In this document: piece after piece, positions 16,006 through 20,000 of the stretch
How positions within the stretch are numbered: the stretch's first letter is position 1
Layout of the letters: the number at the start of each line of letters is the position of its first letter
Virus record (IMG/VR): IMGVR_UViG_3300029920_000005
DNA from: an uncultured virus (IMG/VR IMGVR_UViG_3300029920_000005)
Taxonomy: Duplodnaviria; Heunggongvirae; Uroviricota; Caudoviricetes
DNA: 20,000 nucleotides
Strand: one strand, 5' to 3'
The notes under the pieces: model-generated
Databases searched by the model: none
What the model saw: only the letters and a program-made list of their open reading frames with translations
What the model was told of the DNA's origin: nothing
Program-made: the position numbers and the translations under genes

Positions 16006-16920
16006 TCACGCCGCCACCAGCATCGCCTGAATTACATCCCGCGCGACCGGCGGGCAGACTGCATTGCCGAGCATGTGCATGGCCAACTTTGAAGTTTCCG
16101 GCAGGATGTAATCGGCAGGGAATCCCATCGCCGCCCTGGCCTCTTGCACACTGAGCATGCGCATCCGGTCGCCGTCGACAATCCCCCATCGATCTCGGGT
16201 GGTGATCGTGCCGATCGGGCGGGCGATGCTCCGGCCGCCGCGCTCGTTGCCGTAGTACGCCGTCAAGAACCGCTCACCGTGCTGCCGGCGCCCGTTCTCG
16301 ATCCGCTCCAGTGTCGCAGCGGCTCGCCCGGGCTTCTCGATCTGCGACCACTTCCCGCCGTCGAAGTCGATGATGCCGGACACTGGGACGTGCTCACGCT
16401 GTGGCAGGTTGAGCATCAGCGGGTACTGACTGCGCGTGCCGACGATAAAAAGCCGCTCACGGTTCTGCGGTACACCATGGTCAGCAGCGTCAACGATATG
16501 CGGAGACAGGCAGTAGCCCAGCGCTTCCATGGCCATACGCCATGCTGGGTACAGTGACCACTGCACAAATTCAGGCACATTTTCGATGATGCAGAACTGC
16601 GGACGGTGGTACTCGGCGGCAGAGACGACTGCCCAGGCTGTCGAGCGGCTGGCATCGTGCTGTGGGTTGCCGTGCTCTTTGCCGCGGGCTTTGCTGTGGC
16701 CTTGGCAGCAAGGGCTTGCCATCAGCAGGTCATGTGCCGGCACTTCCATCCACCGCGCCTGATGCAGGTCTTGGCAGGCATGCCGCGCGCCCGGATGATT
16801 GGCTTCGTGAATCTCAACCGCCGATTGCCAGTGGTTTGCGGCCCAGACGACATCGATGCCGGCCATGCGGGCGCCGGTGCTGAAGCCTCCAGCGCCGGCG
16901 AACAGGTCGATTGCTTTCAT
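16006..16920 (-). CDS. DNA (cytosine-5) methyltransferase, orphan
   Basis: Motifs DLFAGAGG (I), SPCCQ (IV), ENV (VI), PQNRER (VIII), MGFP and LGNAV (IX-X). Confidence 0.93.
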   Translation of the reverse strand: MKAIDLFAGAGGFSTGARMAGIDVVWAANHWQSAVEIHEANHPGARHACQDLHQARWMEVPAHDLLMASPCCQGHSKARGKEHGNPQHDASRSTAWAVVSAAEYHRPQFCIIENVPEFVQWSLYPAWRMAMEALGYCLSPHIVDAADHGVPQNRERLFIVGTRSQYPLMLNLPQREHVPVSGIIDFDGGKWSQIEKPGRAAATLERIENGRRQHGERFLTAYYGNERGGRSIARPIGTITTRDRWGIVDGDRMRMLSVQEARAAMGFPADYILPETSKLAMHMLGNAVCPPVARDVIQAMLVAA

Positions 16921-16979
16921 GCGGGTTCCAGATATGAAGAAGCCCGCATCAGCGGGCTTGGTGGGTTAGGGTGGGGCGG

Positions 16980-17237
16980 TCAGACAGGCGCATTTTCCTG
17001 CGCTTTCACGGGCTTGCCGCAGACCGGGCAGAACGCGCACATGAACGACGTTTCTTTGCCTTTTCGGTAGCCGGACTTGTCCGCCTTCACCGTGTAGATC
17101 AGGCGAGGAACCTCATCCAATGTGGCCCCGAACACCATTGCGATTGATTGACACTCGACCGTCGCAGGCTTGCCCAACTTCTCGCTGTAATGCTTGGCCA
17201 GCTTGGGTTCGAGGTCGCGCATACATGTGCATTGCAT
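16980..17237 (-). CDS. Zn-ribbon-like phage protein
   Basis: ATG follows GGAGAAC; MQCTC...FCPVCGK; 85 aa. Confidence 0.75.
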   Translation of the reverse strand: MQCTCMRDLEPKLAKHYSEKLGKPATVECQSIAMVFGATLDEVPRLIYTVKADKSGYRKGKETSFMCAFCPVCGKPVKAQENAPV

Positions 17238-17253
17238 ATGGTTCTCCAGACAT

Positions 17254-17275
17254 AAAAAATCCCGCCGGGCGGGAT
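17254..17275 (-). terminator. Terminator after the DGR remnant
   Basis: The minus strand reads ATCCCGC-CCG-GCGGGAT-TTTTT. Confidence 0.75.
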
Positions 17276-17448
17276 CAGGGTTTTCGGTAAGTCTTGCGTA
17301 TGTCCAAACTGATTGACCGCCCGCGTCGCCGCAGTGCATTGGCCAGTCTGCACCGGTCGTGATGGCTGTTCGTCGCCTGACCGAGCAATCCGAAGTACGA
17401 ATTTGCCGTTTCAAACAGGTCGACTTTATCGATGTCAACCACGCGCCG
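17275..17448 (-). pseudogene. 3' remnant of a DGR reverse transcriptase
   Basis: Startless frame RRVVDIDKVDLFETANSYFGLLGQATNSHHDRCRLANALRRRGRSISLDIRKTYRKP*. NSY.GLL is the RT thumb motif. No YxDD is present. Confidence 0.7.
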
Positions 17449-17608
17449 AATTGGCGCGATAGATCAAGACAACAAGCTCCAAGCATTCGCCGTCCAGCCG
17501 CTTCCCGTGGTCGCGGTAATTGCGCGGGAATTGACTGGCAAGCTTTTTGACTAAAATGGTGAGGTCGTAGGTCACCTTGTAGATCGGCAATTCGGAATGC
17601 AAAGACAT
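17435..17608 (-). pseudogene. avd: 5' half of DGR accessory protein Avd (four-helix bundle)
   Basis: MSLHSELPIYKVTYDLTILVKKLASQFPRNYRDHGKRLDGECLELVVLIYRANSARG*. LPIYK..YDL, PR.Y..G and I.RAN are Avd-family hallmarks. Only 57 aa. Confidence 0.8.
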
Positions 17609-17620
17609 AAGTCAAAACCT

Positions 17621-17638
17621 GCGCGGGCGAGCCCGCGC
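17621..17638. other. GC-rich perfect hairpin/cruciform downstream of the DGR target
   Basis: GCGCGGG-CGAG-CCCGCGC, 16 nt past the target stop codon. Confidence 0.7.
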
Positions 17639-17654
17639 TTAAATGGATGAAGTG

Positions 17655-18260
17655 CTAAATGAACAATCTGCGGACGGCCAGCGCGCGCACCTCGTAGTCC
17701 TTGCTGATGCCGCGTGTGGTGCCATCATAGAAGTCCTGAACGTATGCGTAGAACGGGCTGTACTGCGTGCTGGTCATGTAGCAGCCGGGCTCGATGGCAT
17801 GCTCGCCGCCTTCCTGGAACCCCGGGATGGCGGTCTGGGCCGGGCTATCGGGTGTGTACGGGTATTCCCCGGTCGTCGGGTTGTCTCCATCGCGCCAGGT
17901 GCAATAGTTTTCGTCAGTGGTCGGCTTGAAGTCGCGGTAGATCATTTCGATCTGGTCACGAGCCGGAATGTGTCAGTCGTCGAAACCGCCGATGCGCAAA
18001 GCGCGAACGGTCTTGGCGATTTCGCTACCGGCCTCGATCATGGCCGAGGTGTTGGCCGCGCCGTCGATGCAACTGCGCGCGCCAGTCACATTCTGGCCGT
18101 ACTCCCCCCACGCGCCGCGCAGACGGCCTTCTTTGCCGGAAACGATGACGGCGTACTCTTCTCCATCCAGTGTGTAGCGGCGGCCAAGAAAGCCGCCCTG
18201 GAATGCTTCGCCGATGGATTGGGGCAGCTCGCTGGCGGCGACGTCTTGAATCTTGATCAT
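17655..18260 (-). pseudogene. DUF1566/CLec-fold DGR target protein interrupted by an in-frame TGA
   Basis: The two ORFs join in frame: GGFDD-TGA-HIPARDQIE-MIY, where the usual motif is DW.IP. The C-terminus is STQYS...QDFYDG....K...RALAVRR. Confidence 0.85.
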
Positions 18261-18279
18261 GATGGGTCCCTATGGGCGT

Positions 18280-18300
18280 AAAAAATCCCGCAATCGCGGG
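18280..18300 (-). terminator. Terminator-like hairpin upstream of the DGR target
   Basis: The minus strand reads CCCGC-GATT-GCGGG-ATTTTTT. Confidence 0.65.
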
Positions 18301-18388
18301 CTTGAATTTCATACCCCCGCGCGCTTCGTCCGAATGGACGCCGGCGCGCTGCATGGAACCGGTGAGGGACCGGGCGGGGCGGTGTGGG

Positions 18389-18541
18389 TCAGGCTGATTT
18401 GAGCTCGTTATCGCGCTGATGTTGGGTTGCTTCGCGCTGGGCATCCTCGATCTCTTTCGCCCTGGCTGCACGGTACAGCGCACTCAGGAGTTGGAGCCGG
18501 ACAAATCCTTGTTCTTCCTGTTCCTGCTGCTTGTCGTTCAT
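18389..18541 (-). CDS. Hypothetical 50-aa protein (not in ORF track)
   Basis: GGAGACAAC-ATG start; MNDKQQEQEEQGFVRLQLLSALYRAARAKEIEDAQREATQHQRDNELKSA. Confidence 0.5.
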   Translation of the reverse strand: MNDKQQEQEEQGFVRLQLLSALYRAARAKEIEDAQREATQHQRDNELKSA

Positions 18542-18601
18542 GTTGTCTCCATTTCTTGCGGCATTGCGCGATCCAGTTGGTACTGCGTTGTTGCCTAAGC
18601 C

Positions 18602-19501
18602 TCATGCGCCTTCAAGACCTCCGAGCGCCTCGATCAATCCATCGACCAGGTCGCCCAGCTCCTCGACCATCAGCGTGAACGTGGCTTCAAACAGGCTGGC
18701 GCTGTCGTCGCCCGCCTGGCTGGCTTCATCCTGTAGCACATCCAGAAACTGAATGCGCTTGAGTTGCAGCGTGTCGGTCAGCACAAAGCGCACGCGCTCG
18801 TTCCAGATCAATCCGAGCTTCGTAACCTGCTTGCCGGTGGCGATGTGCTGGCGAATTTCATCCGAGGTCAGATCCATGCGAACGCAGCGGATTACCGCGC
18901 CGTTTTCGCTCGGGTCGCGCAGCTCGACTTCGGCATCCAGCTCAAAACCTTCTGGCGCCTCGCCCGCTGCCAGCCAATCGGTCATGGCGGTGTGCGGCGC
19001 CAGCTTGGTGCGCGGCAGGGCCGCCGGGAAAGGTGGCAACGCCTCACGCAGCTTGCTGACCAGCGCTTCCGCCTTGGTGGACGTGCCCGAGTCGACCATC
19101 AGCCAGCCGCGCCGGTTGTCGATGTAGGCGCTCAGGCGGCTTTCCCGGGTGAGCGCGCGCGGCAACAGGTCGTCGGTGACTTGTTCTTTCAGCGCCGATT
19201 TTTCCTTGCGGCCTACGCTGCGATGCTCGCGCTGTTCGATCTCCAGCGCCTTCTCGTCGACGGCGGCGCGGATCGTCACTACTGGCAGCACCTTGTCCTC
19301 GCGTTTTAGCGAGACCAGCAGGCAGTCGCGGGCCTTGAATACCGGGCTGCCGACGTGGCTTGCCGGCCAGACCCATCCCTCGGCGTACCAGTCGAGGCCG
19401 GCGCATTTGGTGAACGGCGATTTTTCCAGCGATTCGGACAGGGCCGCGCCGTCGACCGGGGCGGACAGGCGGAAAATTGATAATTGCTTGAACCAGGTCA
19501 T
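18602..19501 (-). CDS. rdgC: Recombination-associated protein RdgC
   Basis: WFKQL..FRL, EDKVLP, VGRKEK..LKEQVTDDLLPRA, LREAL, GKQVTKLGLIW and F LM..EL motifs. Confidence 0.93.
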   Translation of the reverse strand: MTWFKQLSIFRLSAPVDGAALSESLEKSPFTKCAGLDWYAEGWVWPASHVGSPVFKARDCLLVSLKREDKVLPVVTIRAAVDEKALEIEQREHRSVGRKEKSALKEQVTDDLLPRALTRESRLSAYIDNRRGWLMVDSGTSTKAEALVSKLREALPPFPAALPRTKLAPHTAMTDWLAAGEAPEGFELDAEVELRDPSENGAVIRCVRMDLTSDEIRQHIATGKQVTKLGLIWNERVRFVLTDTLQLKRIQFLDVLQDEASQAGDDSASLFEATFTLMVEELGDLVDGLIEALGGLEGA

Positions 19502-20000
19502 GCGGCCTCCTGTTGTGCGCGCGCCGATGCGATAAAGGCTTCGGCGTTCTTGATGGCACGTTCGCGGTGAATGTTGCTGCCATCCCTGATGGATTCGATC
19601 AGGTCGAGCATGAGCTTGATGTGCTCGGGGTCGTCGCGGCGCGGGGCTGATGCGGGCGCCGTTGCCACTGATGTGAGCTTGGGCGGCACAACCGCAATCG
19701 GCGCAGGCGCGGTTTCAACGACAACCGGCGCCGGCTTCGGCAGGGCGGCGATGCGCGCCGCTTCCTGCTGGGCAGCCAGTTCGTCCTGCTGCCGCTTGAT
19801 TTCAGCCTGTTGAGCCGCTAAGGCATCGGCTTGCGCCTTGGCTTTGCGCTCCTGCTCTGCGCGCTCGTCAGCCAGTCGCTTGCGCTCGGCAGCGAGGGCG
19901 GCGGCGTCGGCCGCTTGCTGCTTGCGCTGGCGCTCAAATTCGTCGCGTTCCGCCTTGGCCCGAGCCTGCTCGGCTTCGGCCTCCTTGGCGCTGGTCAGCG
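19498..20000 (-). CDS. Partial Ala/Glu/Arg-rich coiled-coil phage protein (5' end outside window)
   Basis: The frame runs from the window edge (AERDEFERQRKQQAADAAALAAERKRLADERAEQ...) to a stop overlapping the rdgC start. Confidence 0.7.
   Translation of the reverse strand, partial: LTSAKEAEAEQARAKAERDEFERQRKQQAADAAALAAERKRLADERAEQERKAKAQADALAAQQAEIKRQQDELAAQQEAARIAALPKPAPVVVETAPAPIAVVPPKLTSVATAPASAPRRDDPEHIKLMLDLIESIRDGSNIHRERAIKNAEAFIASARAQQEAA

Noticed and set aside
16980..17615. 211-aa ORF from the track as one gene
   Set aside because: It crosses a terminator and overlaps the avd and RT remnants in other frames. The real gene most likely starts at 17237.
17973..17975. Genome-wide TGA recoding to Trp
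   Set aside because: Many genes here end in TGA with ATGA overlaps and use TGG for Trp. Only this one gene is interrupted.
17254..18260. An active, complete DGR
   Set aside because: I found no second copy of the VR (template repeat) and no RT catalytic YxDD region in the window.

Overview
A 20-kb segment of a temperate tailed phage of a betaproteobacterium; the RdgC resembles Neisseriales proteins from memory. It is probably in its excised or circular form, because an intact attP-like site has phage genes on both sides. From left to right: the end of the tail module (fibre, DUF4376-like chaperone); an extended lysis region (holin-like protein, T4-type endolysin, single-HKD PLD/Nuc protein, membrane proteins, lipoprotein, patatin phospholipase, DUF6527-like protein); an accessory block (three small leftward genes, ParBc_2-type protein, WGR protein); a type Ib ParA + RHH partition cassette with an 8-bp repeat array; a P4-type tyrosine integrase, attP and AlpA excisionase; and a long leftward early region (many small genes, C5 DNA methyltransferase, RdgC). 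Three signals are missing from the ORF track. (1) A collapsed diversity-generating retroelement at about 17250-18260: a nonsense-disrupted DUF1566/CLec target with VR/IMH and hairpin, then the 5' half of avd joined directly to the 3' tail of the reverse transcriptase, with the TR deleted. (2) An attP core encoding MLLMIDN, the N-terminus of TrpG/PabA. (3) A centromere-like repeat array, suggesting both integrative and plasmid-like lifestyles. Family assignments come from motif recognition only; no searches were run.
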